This document shows positions 13,621 to 26,165 of a stretch of 64,000 nucleotides of DNA, piece after piece (within the stretch, counting starts at the first letter, position 1; each line of letters opens with the position of its first letter). Both the position numbers and the translations under genes were made by a program. This stretch comes from the human T2T-CHM13v2.0 reference genome, Homo sapiens. The notes below the pieces were generated by a model, which was not told the DNA's origin, did no database searches, and saw only the letters and a program-made list of their open reading frames with translations. Location of the stretch: assembly GCF_009914755.1 (NCBI RefSeq), contig NC_060942.1; one strand, written 5' to 3'.

Positions 13621-16600
13621 GTAAAGCAAGAGGAGCTCTTGTTGTCTGTCTTTCATGATAATAGCTCTGACCTTTTATTATGAGGTTGTTTGTTAACTAA
13701 AAGAATTGGAACTCATAGGAAACTATAGGAGACATTTTAATATTAAAGATAACTAATCTATGAAAATCTTTACAAATGTGTTTTCATGCTTCAGAAGGGC
13801 AAAAAGGCTTGAAATAAATAGTAAGCCTCTAGAAACATAACACAGATAATGTATTTGAATGTTCCAATATTTTATTTTTACCAAAATATGAAAAGATAAA
13901 ACAGCAAAGGATGACTGCACTGAGAGGATAGTAAGTACAATGTGGTATTTTCTTTTTCCCCCAATTAGGAGTTTGGAGGAAATACAATATTCTTAAAACT
14001 GAGTTTATGCTTCCATTGGAGGTGTGGGCTAAGTAAACCTAATACTGGTTAGATTGTCATTGTCCTGGAATTCTGACGATTCCTTAGAAATGTTTATGAT
14101 ATTTCGATGGAGACTGAACAGGTCATTTTTATAATTGATAATTAAAATTATTTGTGATCTCTAATAAAGCACTTAATTTAAATAAGGTTATTTTAACATA
14201 GATTTAAAGACCTGAACACAGAATCAGGCTTCGTCTATGTATTGCAAAATGTAGATGAGATATAAGCAATTCATTGCATCTTTAGGAAATTTTCAAAAAC
14301 CTGTTTAAATGCCTGTGTGAAAAATGTAATGTCAAGAGTATACTACAACCACTTTCTTCTCAGACTTTTTCTTGACTAGCTGGAAATGTAGTAATTGAAA
14401 CTTTACCCATCATGGAAATAATATAACTATTCATGAAAATAACACTAAATTATTATAATACCATAGGGAATATTTTTTCAACTGTAAAATATTTTTAGTA
14501 ATCTTCATGTCTACTTGGCTAAAATACCTAAATTTCATTTATGGCAATATTTCCATCAGCGGTGATGAGTTTCCAGAGACCCAAGGTTATATTGTTTCTC
14601 AACATATACACTGCTTTTCTGGGCATGGACAACCAGACTGCAGCTTGGATCGCAGTAATTGTCCTTCATAACCTTACTCCATCAGTGAGGCCAAACTGTT
14701 AATGAGACCCAGTTCAGGGTTTTACAATCATCACATCTGCCCTCTGGCCTTTGGTCAAGAGTTCAGCCAAAGAGAACTCTTAGTAACAAGGAAGGCAAAG
14801 TGTGACTATGTATGTACTATTCATCAAAGAATTTGTTCCACAAGCATTTTCTGAGTGCCTCCTAATTTCAAGAAGATTTATGACACATTATGTTCACAAT
14901 GGTGATCATGATATTTCATTTTGGAGGAAATTAGGGGTACAATATGGTTGGGGCAATGTGGCACACCTTTGTATAGGCTGATTTCTTATGGGGAAAATAG
15001 AAATTATCTTAATCTCTGACATAACCATGTCCTATTTATAATGAGCAACACAGCAGTTAAAAATAACAATACACTGTAGCATTGTCAGCTATGTGGTCTG
15101 TATTTTAGAGAGTCCAAACTTCCCTGAAGGTTCAGCTATGTAAATCATCAATTTAAGCAGTACTTGAACATTCTGTAAAATGTACTGTAGGATTACAGTT
15201 ACCTTTAAATATCCCCTCTGTGAAAAATTCCTCAGCATATGAATTCAGTTTATAGTGCGATATATAGGACAAAACTTTTCTTCATGCAAATTTTGTTTAC
15301 AATCTTTCTTGATTCAATTGTATATTGAAACAAAATTAACCATGTCTGGGTATCTCAGGGTCATCATCACGAATATCAATTATCCTACTGCACTCGAATA
15401 GAATAATGCTCCCAGTAACTATGTGCTTCCCAAGAAAAAGCTCTAAGATTAGGAATCTCCTGCTTTCTGTTGTGTTCCATTACCATTATTTATACTTTTT
15501 TTGATATTTCTTTATGTTCATTCTGCTTGCAAACTGTAGCTCCTAATACACTCGGAGTTTTTGTTATAGTAGCAAAACCGTTAGTTTTGATATTGTACAG
15601 CATTGAGGATGGCCTTGAACCATTTGCACCGGTTCCTTAAACCTCACTTTTCTCATTTTCTTTCAGATTTCTTAACCTCTTTTACAATCAGCTTTTTTAT
15701 CTGTTAAATGGGGAACATAATAAAACAAAAACTTATATCACAGGAAACCCACAAGGATAAAATGAAGTAATAAATATATTTTGGAGACCCCTGTACATGG
15801 TGAACACTCTTACCATTAGCTAATATTGATATTATCATCATTAAGTGAGACAATGGATACAGATATAAACTTCCCAGTATGTAGTAAGTGCTCAGTGACT
15901 ATTATTTTATTTGCTTTTATGCAAAGAATAGATAAAGAATGATTTACCTGAGAGTGGTTTCACATCTGTGTATGTGGAATAAAGTACATGGGGTCTGTGA
16001 TTCTCTTTTCGTACTACCGTGGTGCCATCCTCACTTATTTCTGGGTTCAGTGTTACACTTCTCCAGTTTAGATGGCTATAAGTCTTTCTGTAAGGAAATG
16101 TTGGTACTACATTTTATACCTAGGAAAACCAAAGAGTATAATTATCTGCCTCACTTTCCACTGCAGGTCAAGATTTAGTTAATTGACTCCAGTTCATTTT
16201 GCCCAGGGCATCTCCTCTGAGACAGATACCATGGTGGCTAGCATTAGATGATAGGGGCTGTGGTCCTGTAGAGAGAAAAGAGGGATGAGGCTCTCCCAGT
16301 CATAGAATTCCCAGTAACCAGGAAACAGCCACTGGCTGGTAATAACTTCCTCTCCCCTCTGACTTGGAATGGATTGCAGGCACTGACCTAGAGGGGAAAG
16401 GCTTCATCTCCCAACATCAGCCAATCTCATCTCATTGCAAGGGAAAGGCCCCTGGAGATGTGGTCCTATCCATCATGTGGACAGCTTTGGCCAAAGTGCC
16501 CACTACATCACTGGCTTTAATAAAAAGTTGCTGGAGGCTGCAGTACTAGTGACAGATGTAAACTGCAGCATGGCCAGAGCCTACGAATTCTCCCAAGGTG

Positions 16601-17249
16601 GAAGTGCACTTGAGGAGGAAGAGGAAGAAAAGGAAAGAGAAGACAAAAAGAGGAGTGAAAAATGATAAGGTAACCACTTCAGAACTTCCATTAAAAGTGA
16701 ATTTAATAAACTGAAATATACTCTAAAGGGAAAGACATTTGTCTGAAAAGATCAAATCTGAGAATAGAAATGACAAGAGTATAAAAACACAATAAAGGAA
16801 GTAAACCAAGATACTACGAAACTTTTCTATTAAATCCAAGAATGCCAGAATTAAAGCAATTGGGAACCCTACAGATTTGAACAAAAATAAACCAGAAAAT
16901 AAATAATAACCTGATGCCAATTGTTATTACACAATTTGGTAAATTTAAAAATTTAAGTATTTCTTAATGCATTTACAGAATTTCAGTGTTATGAACATAG
17001 TAGGTTTTAAATAAAGTTTTGTTAAGTGAAGGAGTTACCAATTAATCTAGTGTCCATAAAAAATGACATAATTATGATTTAAATAATTGGTCATGTCTCA
17101 GGGGATCAGTTTATGTCCTATACCTGAATAATTTTCTAATTTGTCTTCTAATTGATTTAATGTCAGTATTTTCAGTAGCTTTTGTAACCCAGCAGTTTTC
17201 TCAAAAAGTATAAAACTTGAAAACTAAGAATTCCTAAGACAAACTAGGC

Positions 17250-17337
17250 ACATGCATTTAGATATATCACATAATTATGATATATTCTATACATGCATTT
17301 AGATATACATGATATATCAGATAATTATGATATATCC
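17250..17337. repeat. Imperfect ~41 bp tandem duplication
   Basis: acatgcatttagatata..atca(c/g)ataattatgatatat occurs twice; the second copy has a 9 bp insert. Confidence 0.8.
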
Positions 17338-17964
17338 AAACTAAATACAAATGATCATTGGATGTTACTATACATGGGTCAGAGTAGGACCCAGGTTGCC
17401 AGGTGCTAAAAATCCTTTCTTTCCTGGCACATCCTACAATGGGATGGATCAGCATAGGTGTCAGAGAAAACATGGAAGACCTTAGACTCTGGAACCATGG
17501 AGGTCCTATGTAAATTGTTCTTGTTGACTGATGGTGGAGGAACCCCAAAATACTTTGTTGCCTTCTACAAAAACTAGTATAGTCAGTAGGGCAAAAATCA
17601 TTACCTCTGCTCTTTATTTTTTTCCAAATATGGAGTGTGTATCATGTGTTAAGTAAAAGAAATACAAATATGGAATTGTCTACTGTTGTATCTTCTGCAT
17701 GAGAATAACGCTTGGCCCATCATAGATACTTTAGAACTCTGTATAATAAATAGTTAAATAAATGAATAAAACAATCCTGTTTCCTTCAAATAACTATACA
17801 ATATGAACTCTGGTATAATTATAGTGGATAAAACACTGCAACAAAAAGTGCAAAAATACATGGTTTATTTTCTCTAACCCATCTAAATTTCCTGCCAAAA
17901 CTCTACCTGCCACATAGCCCAAGGAATAACTAACACATACCAATCATCTTAGTCATTTCTGGCC

Positions 17965-18115
17965 TAATCAGTGTCTCTCAGATAAGGAAGGTTCATGAGA
18001 GGGTGGATTTTTCTTGTTCTCTAGTGCCTAGAATGATGTCTAGTATGCTGTAGCCACTTGGTAACATCTTTCTTGAATGAATAAATGCATCAATGAAGGA
18101 ATCAATAAATGAATA
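17965..18115 (+). mobile_element. L2 3' end fragment
   Basis: ctagtgcctagaatgatgtctagtatg...ttgaatgaataaatg tail. Confidence 0.55.
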
Positions 18116-19110
18116 TATAGAACTCAGTTTCCTTGGAAACTATGCTCAGTTTTTATGTATTTTCAACCTTTTCTCCCAGTTCTCCCCTAGATGACATCCA
18201 GGTGTATGAAATATGGGCGCAAACTTGTGTCACAAGCTGTGAAGTCTGTGGCCCAAACCTGAGATCTATTCTTTCATATAGAGCCTCCTGTTCTTATCTC
18301 ATTGCCTTGTGGCAGCCTCAGCTTTGTCTTTAGTTGAAAGTCACTCTGATTCCTGAAAAGAACCTTCAGTTCATATCCTAGTGCTGACTACCTTCCTATC
18401 ATTTCTATGGTGGGTCCACCTTGCTTCTTGCCATCACCTTGGTGATGATACTGTTATCATCACCCTCCTTTCATGTCTTCTATAAGATATGCTGGAAATT
18501 ATGGATCCCTTCTACATCACACAGAAGCAAAGAGAATTGCAAGATATTAGGTACTCCTTTCTCAACCATATTCTTCAGCTAGTTTTTGCTTCTTGGAGCA
18601 GTCCTGTACTGGCAAGAATTATGGAACCAGGTTTTCTATCCTGAATTCCAAATGAGGAGTGAGAAACAACTCATTCACCTTCTCCTTTCAGATTTTCCTG
18701 TAGATGCAAAATAACTGACAAAAAACAACAACACTAAAAGCCTAGCCAATTAAAGCGAAATTACCAAAAAATAAATTTGCCAAATATACCAGATGGAAAA
18801 ATTATTTTACAATTATTACACACATAGTTAATTTTCTTTAACAAAGTTTTTGAATGACACAATATTTTTTCAATCTTTAACATTCTGTCATTAATCCATA
18901 AAAGTTTTAATTGAATTATGCTCAATTCTAAATTTTGATTAGATTAGGTTTAAGTTAAATTAGATATTTGGTTTAAATATGATTTCATATTAACATTTAA
19001 AGTAATACAAATTATTCATAATATTAAAATTAAATCAAATTTAAAGTGACTTTTTATTCTAATTAAAAATGGAGGTTTGAATATATTTTTTGTTATCAAG
19101 AAAAATGAAA

Positions 19111-19405
19111 AGCTGGGCATGGTAGCCCACACCTGTAATTCCAGCACTTTGGGAGGCCAAGACAAGAAGATAGCTTGAGCTCAGGAGTTGCAGATCCACT
19201 GGGCAACATAGCAAGACCTTGACTGTACAAGAAGTAAAAAATAAACTAGCTGGGCATGGTATGTGCCTGTAGTCCTAGCTACTTGGGAGGCTAAGGCAGG
19301 AGGATCACTTGAGCCCAGGAGATCCAGGCTGTAGTGACCTATGATTGTGTCATTGCACTCAAACCTGGGTGATAGAGTGAGATCCGGTCTCAGGAAAAAT
19401 AAAAG
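19111..19405 (+). mobile_element. AluJ
   Basis: Diverged dimer with ggaggatcacttgagcccagga and ggctgtagtga. Confidence 0.9.
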
Positions 19406-20329
19406 GAAGAGAAACAAGAGGAACTAAAAATGATATAAACTCATATAAGAAAAGATGACATGAGAGGAGACAACAGATGAGAGATGTCAATATGAATTAG
19501 AATCTGGAATTTGGAGGTTGGGTTGCTAACCAAGCAAGGGGCATTAAGTGAAAATCTGTTTCTTAAATGGTTTAATCTCCTTGTTTTATTCTTTCACTTG
19601 GGTCTCAGAACACTGGCAACCATCAATAATTTCTTACCCAACTGCAGGTAACTGAAGATTTCTTCAATGGATGAATAAATATAGATACTACCTTCTGTGG
19701 ATTCTCCAATAAAATGGACAAATCCATTGCCAAAAGCCTTAGGGTAAGGCTGTTAGTAAAGGAATCCTGCCATCAACCTCTAGTCAGGGCTTCCAAACAA
19801 TTTTTTGTTATCTTGCTCTTATATATAAATATTCATTTAAATATAACTAGATATTTGAAAAAAAAACTCTCCAATAGAAAAGGAACCAAAAAATAGTAAA
19901 GTAAAGAGCAGTCAAGAAAAATCAGAGTAGAAAAGAAAAAAACAACCAAAATTTATAAAATGAAAAACAGTCAAAAGTAATTATAGTGGAAAATAACTTT
20001 AAAATATAAAATAATGTCCTCTGTATCCAAGTAGATATCAAACATGTATGACAAAAGAAAAGACAATTTTTGGTGAACCTGCAAGTTTTTAAAAAAATGG
20101 TTTCTAGAAAAAGGCTACTGGAGGATTCCCTCTGTCATAATGAATGAGTAAAGGAAGAAAGAGACTGAAATGTAATCCATGGAACAGTGTACCTTAGAAA
20201 AAGGTAAAAAACATTTAAAAAAAAAAAAGTTTTTATGGAGCAGAACACTCCAGGAGATATGCCCGCCGAAAAACTAAAAAATTAAAAATAAGATATTTAA
20301 AATTAAGCTAATTTAACTATTTGTATTAG

Positions 20330-22375
20330 CAGAGCAGTTTACATTTGGCTCAAACTCCAGCAAATAACTCTATAAATGTTTTATTAAAAATAACTATCTG
20401 AAGGCACAGAAGAGAGAGCAGAAAACAAGCAGAAACTATAGTGGTGTCAAGTCTTGAAAGCTATAAATTGTCTCCGCTGAGATCTATAATATATGAAGTT
20501 TCAACTGAGGGCACTCTCCAGTCCGTGGAATATGAGGATGCTTGAGTAGACAAAGGATAAAGTTTAAAATAAAAAGTTCATCTGGAAAATGAGAGGAAAA
20601 TAGAAAAGTGAGTCATACAGAGGAGCATTAAATCCTTAGACAACTCCTTAACTGCTTGTAAAGTGGAGGGTCCAGGAAGCCCAGTCAAAACCAATACCTG
20701 GAAGTCTGAAAGATAAAGACTAAACTTTGGCTGTTGAGTGCCACAGGGAACATAACTGTTTAGAGTTTGAGTCTAGCTGAATTAATTGTCTGAGAGCACA
20801 AGAAACAACCCCTTAAAAGGAGGATTTCAGAATCCAAAGTCACTAGATATAGCATGTACAATGTCCAGTATTTTAAAAAAAATAAACTGAATATTCAAAG
20901 AAAAGTAAAGAAATAAAAAGAAAAAGAAAGCAAAAAAGTGTAACCTAGAGTCAGGGAAAAAAGTAATTGATAGTAATTAACCCCAATATAGTTCAAAAAA
21001 TGACTTTATAACACCTGAAAATGGGGTGAGAATAAACATAAAAACTATAAAAACTATGAAAACTGTAGGTCTAAAAGTTAGAATAAGTGAAATAAAAAAT
21101 CCAATTGAAGAATGTAACAACAGATTATGGTGACAAAAGATATGGTCAGTGAAGTTACAGTTGGAAAAAAGAAACTACCCAAATAAAAGAACATAAAGAA
21201 TATTTTTTTTAAATGTACAAAATGAGAACAAGAACGGAAGTTCATGTCACCATTCCTATTTAACATAGTACTAGAAAGTTCTAGTTAGTGCAATGAGGCA
21301 GAGAGAGGGAAAAAATGAGTGAGAGAGTACATACAATTTAAAAAGGAAGAAAATTCCTAATTGCAGGATGAATGACTATCCACAGACAATCCTGAGAAAT
21401 CTACCAAAAATAAAACCTTATAAAACCATTAAGTGAGCACATCAAGGTTACAGGATACAAGAAAATTACAGTATACAAAAATCAATTGTATTTCTATATA
21501 TAGCAATGAACATTTGAACATCAGAACTAACAATATATTTATAGTCTCAAAAAATAAAATACTTAAGTATAAATTTACAAAAAAATACAGAGCCTGAATA
21601 CTTAAAATTACAAAATGTTTATTAAGTACCTCAAAAATCAAGGCTGTCTAAATATAGAGAAATACCATGTTCACGAATTGGAAGATTCAGCATAGTAAAA
21701 ATGTCAATTATTCTCAAATTGATGTACAAATTTAATGCAATTTATATCAAAATCCAAGCAAGACTTTTATAGATATAAACAAGATAATTCTAAAATGTAT
21801 ATGGAAAAACTAAGGAACTAGAATAGTTGAATCAATTTTGTGGAAAAAAAAGAAGCAATCTGTCTGCTCATTTTTGATACTTATTATACGGCTATGTTAA
21901 TCAAGATTGTGCAGTATTGATGGATGAGTTGACACAATTAATGGAAGAGACCCCAGATCAAAGGAGCAGAATAGAGAACCCAAAAATAAATGCTCAAAAT
22001 GTGCCTAACTGAATTTTGACAAAGTTATGCACTCAATTCCATGGAATACAGAGCCTTTTTAGCAAATGTTGCTTGGAGCAATTAGATCTAATACTGAAAA
22101 AAAAAAGAAGAAGAAGAAGAAAAATACCAAACAATAACATAAAACTGTGACATAAGTATTATGTTATATACAAAACTTAACTCAAAATAAGTCACAGAAA
22201 ATGTAAAGCATAAAACAAAAATATTTAGGAAATATATAGGAGAAAATTTTCAGAATTTAAGGTAAGCTAAAGACTTATTTAACTTGATACCAAAAGCACC
22301 TATCAGGAAAATGTCATAAATTTGATCTAATTAAGATATTTTGTGCTACAAATACCCTGTTAAAAGGATAAAAAA
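20330..22375 (+). mobile_element. Old L1M fragments (5' region, ORF1 and ORF2); 3' end missing
   Basis: ORF2 motifs ctatttaacatagtactagaaagttctag, ccatgttcacgaattggaagattcag and aactgaattttgacaaag; interrupted at 22375 by L1PA. Confidence 0.75.
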
Positions 22376-24239
22376 GGGATCTGGCAAGATGGCCAAATAC
22401 AAACAGCTCTGGTCTGCAGTACCCAGCGAGACAAATGCAGAAGGCAGGTGATTTCTGCATTTCCAACTGAAGTACCCAGTTCATCTCATTAGGACTGGGT
22501 ATGCAGTGGGAGCAGCCAACAGAGGGTGAGCAGAAGCTGGGTGGGGCATCGCCTTACCCAGGAAGCGCAAGGAGTCCTGAGGGCCTCCCTCCCCCGGACA
22601 AGGGAAGCCACGAGGGACTGCACTACCCCACCTGGATACTACACTTTTCCCATGGTTTTTGCAATCCGCAGATCAGGAGATTCCCTCATGTGCCTATACC
22701 ACCAGGGCCCTGAGTTTCAAACATAAAACTAGGCTGCTTCTTGGGCAGACACCGAGCTAGCTGCAGGAGCATTTTTCGTACCCCAGTTGCGCCTGGAACC
22801 CCAGCGAGACAGAATCGTTCATTCCCTTGGAAAGGGGGTTTAAGCTAGGGAGCCAAGTGGTCTCGCTCAGCAGGTCCCACTCCCACGGAGCCCAGCAAGC
22901 TAAAAACCACTGGCTTGAAATTCTCACTGCCAGCACAAGCAATCTGAAGTCGACCTGGTATGATCGAGCTTGGTGGGGGGAGGGGCGTCCACCATTACTG
23001 AGGTTTGGTAGCCAGTTTTCCCGTGACAGTGCTAAGGAGGCCGGAAGGTTTGGACTGGGTGGAATTCACCACAGCACAGCAAAGTGACAGTGGCCAGACT
23101 ATCTTGCTAGATTCCTCCTCACTGACCAGGGCATCTCTGAAAGAAAGTCAGCAGCTCCAGTCAGAGGCTTACAGATAAAACTCCCATCTCCCTGGGACAG
23201 AGCACCTGGGGGAAGGGGCAGCTGTGGGCACAGCTTCAGCAGACTTAAACTGTCCTGTCTGCTGGCTCTGAAGAGAGCAGTTGATCCTGACAAGGAGGAT
23301 TCTCCTAGCACAGTGCACTCAAGCTCTGCTAAGGGACACACTGCCTCAAGTGGGTCCCTGACACCCGTGCTTCTCGACTGGGAGAGACCTCCCAGCAGGG
23401 GTCGACAGACACCTCATACATGAGAGCTATGAATGGCATCAGGCCAGTGCCCCTCTGGGACGAAGCTTCCAGAGGTAGGAGCAGACAGCAATCTTTGCTA
23501 TTCTGCAGCCTCCACTGGTGATACTCAGGCAAACAGGATCTGGAGTGGACCTCCAGCAAACTCCAGCAGACCTGCAGCAGAGGGGCCTGATTGTAAGTAG
23601 AAAAACTAACAAACAGAAAGCAACAACGTCAACATCAGCAAAAAGGATCCCACCCAAAAACCTCATGCAAAGGTCATCAGTCTCAAAGATCAAAAGTAGA
23701 TAAATTCACAACAATGAAGAAAAAACAGTGCAAAAATGATGAAAATTCCGAAAACCAGAATGCCTCTTCTTCTGCAAATGATCACAACTCCTCTCCAGCA
23801 AGGACACAAAACTGGCTGGAGAATGAGATTGACCAATTGACAGAAGTAGGCTTCAGAAGGTAGGTAATAATAAACTCCTCTAAGCTAAGGGAGCATGTTC
23901 TAACCCAATACAAGGAAGCTGAAAACCTAGATAAAAGCTTACAGGAACTGCTAACTGGAATAACCACTTTAGAGAAGAACATAAATGACCTGATGGAGCT
24001 GAAAAACACAGCATGAGAACTTCTTGAAGCATACACAAGTATCAATAGCTGAACTGATCAAGTGGAAGAAAGGATATCAGAGATTAAATATCAACTTACT
24101 GAAATAAGGCATGAAGACAAGATTAGAGAAAAAAGAGTGAAAAGGAATGAACAAAGCCTCCAAGAAATATGGGACTACATGTAAAGACCAAACCTACTAT
24201 TGATTGGTGTACGTGAAAGTGATGGGGAGAATGGAACCA
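22376..24239 (+). mobile_element. L1PA (approximately PA7/PA8) 5'UTR plus 5' half of ORF1, 3'-truncated
   Basis: caagatggcc YY1 site near 22385; long 5'UTR; ORF1 ATG at 23714 (MKKKQCKNDENSENQNASS) with in-frame stops; ends at gagaatggaacca. Confidence 0.92.
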
Positions 24240-24281
24240 TTCATGATAAAGAGATAGCAATCATGAAGGTATGTGTACCTA

Positions 24282-25722
24282 CCTTATTTGGGTGTGTTAC
24301 TCTGGCCCATTTATCAAGTGACCTGAAAGGCTGCCAGTTTTGAGTACAGTCCTGAACAGGAGAAGGCTCTGCAACAGGTCCAGGTGGCTGTGCAAGTTGC
24401 TGTGCCACTTGGGCCATTTGACCCAGCAGATCAACTGGTGCTTGAGGTGTCAGTGGCAGATAGAGATGCTGTTTGGAGCCTTTGGCAGGCCTTCATAGGT
24501 GAATCACAGTGGAGGCCTCTAGGATTTTGGAGCAAGGTCCTGCCATCTTCTGCAGATAACTACTCTCTTTTTGAGAGACAGCTCTTAGCCTATTACTGGG
24601 CTTTGGTGGAAACTGAACATTTGACTATGGGTCATCATGTCACCATGCTACCTGAACTGCCTATCATGAACTGGGTGATTTTGGACCCATCTAGCCATAA
24701 AGTGGGTTGTGCACAGCAACATTTCATCATCAAATGGAAGTGGTATATATGTGATTGGGCTCAAGCAAGTCCTGAAGGCACAAGTAAGTTACATGAAGAA
24801 GTGGCTCAAATGCCCACTGTCTCCACTCCTGCCACCCTGCCTTTTCTCCCTCAGCCTGCACTGATGGCCTTGTGGAAAGTTCCCTATGAGCAGTTGACAG
24901 AGAAAGAGAAGACTAGGGCCTGGTTTACAGAGGCTTCTGCATGATATGCAGGCACCACTGGAAAATGAACAGCTGCAGCACTACAGCCCCTTTCTAGGAT
25001 ATCCCTGAAGGACAGAGGTGAATGGAAATCTTCCTAGTGGGCAGGGGTGAAGGGAAATCTTCCCAGTGTTGGCTGGGGTGATTGAACCAGACTATCAAGA
25101 TAAAATCAGTCTACTACTCCACAAAGGAGGTAAGGAAGAGTATACATGGAATGCAGGAGACCCATTAGGGCATCTCTTAATATTACCATGCCCTGTGATT
25201 AAGGTCAATGGGAAACTACAACAGACCAATCCAGGCAGGAGTACAAATGGCCCAGGCCCTTCAGGAATGAAGGTTTGGGTCACTCCACCAGGAAAATAAA
25301 CATGACCTGCTGAGGTACTTGCTGAAGGCAAAGGGAGTACAAAATGGGTAGTAGAAGAAGGTAGTCATTAATACCAGCTATGACCATGTGACTAGCTGCA
25401 GAAACGAGGACTAACTGTCATGAGTATTTCCTCCTTCTGTTAAAAACATGTTTGTTCATATATAAACTTGTACTGAGAAGATATCTTCATTTTATTTCCT
25501 TTTTCCTTTATCATGTGACATAAGATTTATTGACTTCACATGGGCATTTAAGTATTGTTAACTTTATGTAATAGTATTTGGGTTGGGGATTGCTGCTTTC
25601 ACGGGTGTATGAAGGATAGTTGTATTATGTTAGGCATAATTGTGACCTTACGTTGTCTTTATTTGAAGATTATGTCTGAATTCAGGAGATGTGTATGGGT
25701 TCAAGTTGACAAGGGGTAGACT
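24282..25722 (+). mobile_element. HERV-L internal 3' part (pol connection/RNase H start, dUTPase, 3'UTR, polypurine tract)
   Basis: ORF 24384-24944 (PLGFWSK..NYS.FERQLLA.YWALVETE..AWFT); ORF 25066-25299 (LAGVI.PDYQ..LLLH.GGKEEY); PPT aaggggtagact 25711-25722. Confidence 0.93.
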
Positions 25723-26165
25723 TGTGATAGTTAATACTGAGTGTCAACTTGATTGGATTGAAGGATCCAAAGTATTGATCCTGGGTGTATCTATGAGAGT
25801 GGTGCCAAAGGAGATTCACATTTGAGTCAGTGGACTGGGAAAGACAGACCCACTTTTAATGTGGGTGGACACAATCTAACCAGCTGCCAGTATGGCTAGA
25901 ATATAAGCAGGCAGAAAAATGTGAAAAGAGAGCATGGGCCTAGGCTCCCAGCTTACATCTTTCTCCCGTGCTGGATGCTTCCTGCTCTTGAACATCGGAC
26001 TGAAGTTCTTCAGTTTTGGAACTCAGACTGGCTCTCCTTCCTCCTCAGCCTACAAACAACCTATTGTGGGACCTTGTGATCATTTGAGTTAATACTTAAT
26101 AAACTCCCCTCTATATATATGTGTCTATTTAATTACTTCTGTCCCTTTAGAGAACCCTAAAATAA
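25723..26165 (+). mobile_element. MLT2A (probably MLT2A1) 3' LTR of HERV-L
   Basis: tgtgatagttaatactgagtgtcaacttgattggattgaagg start; ~443 bp; AATAAA at 26098-26103. Confidence 0.92.

Noticed and set aside
15250-15372. Minus-strand GTGATGA...CTGA as a box C/D snoRNA
   Set aside because: No terminal stem and no recognisable rRNA or snRNA antisense element
16435-16665. 76 aa ORF with an acidic/basic tail
   Set aside because: TTG start, and the E/K run comes from a purine-rich low-complexity tract; no recognisable domain
24384-24944. 186 aa ORF as a domesticated retroviral gene
   Set aside because: GTG start, mid-pol fragment bounded by stops, neighbouring frames broken; ordinary HERV-L remnant
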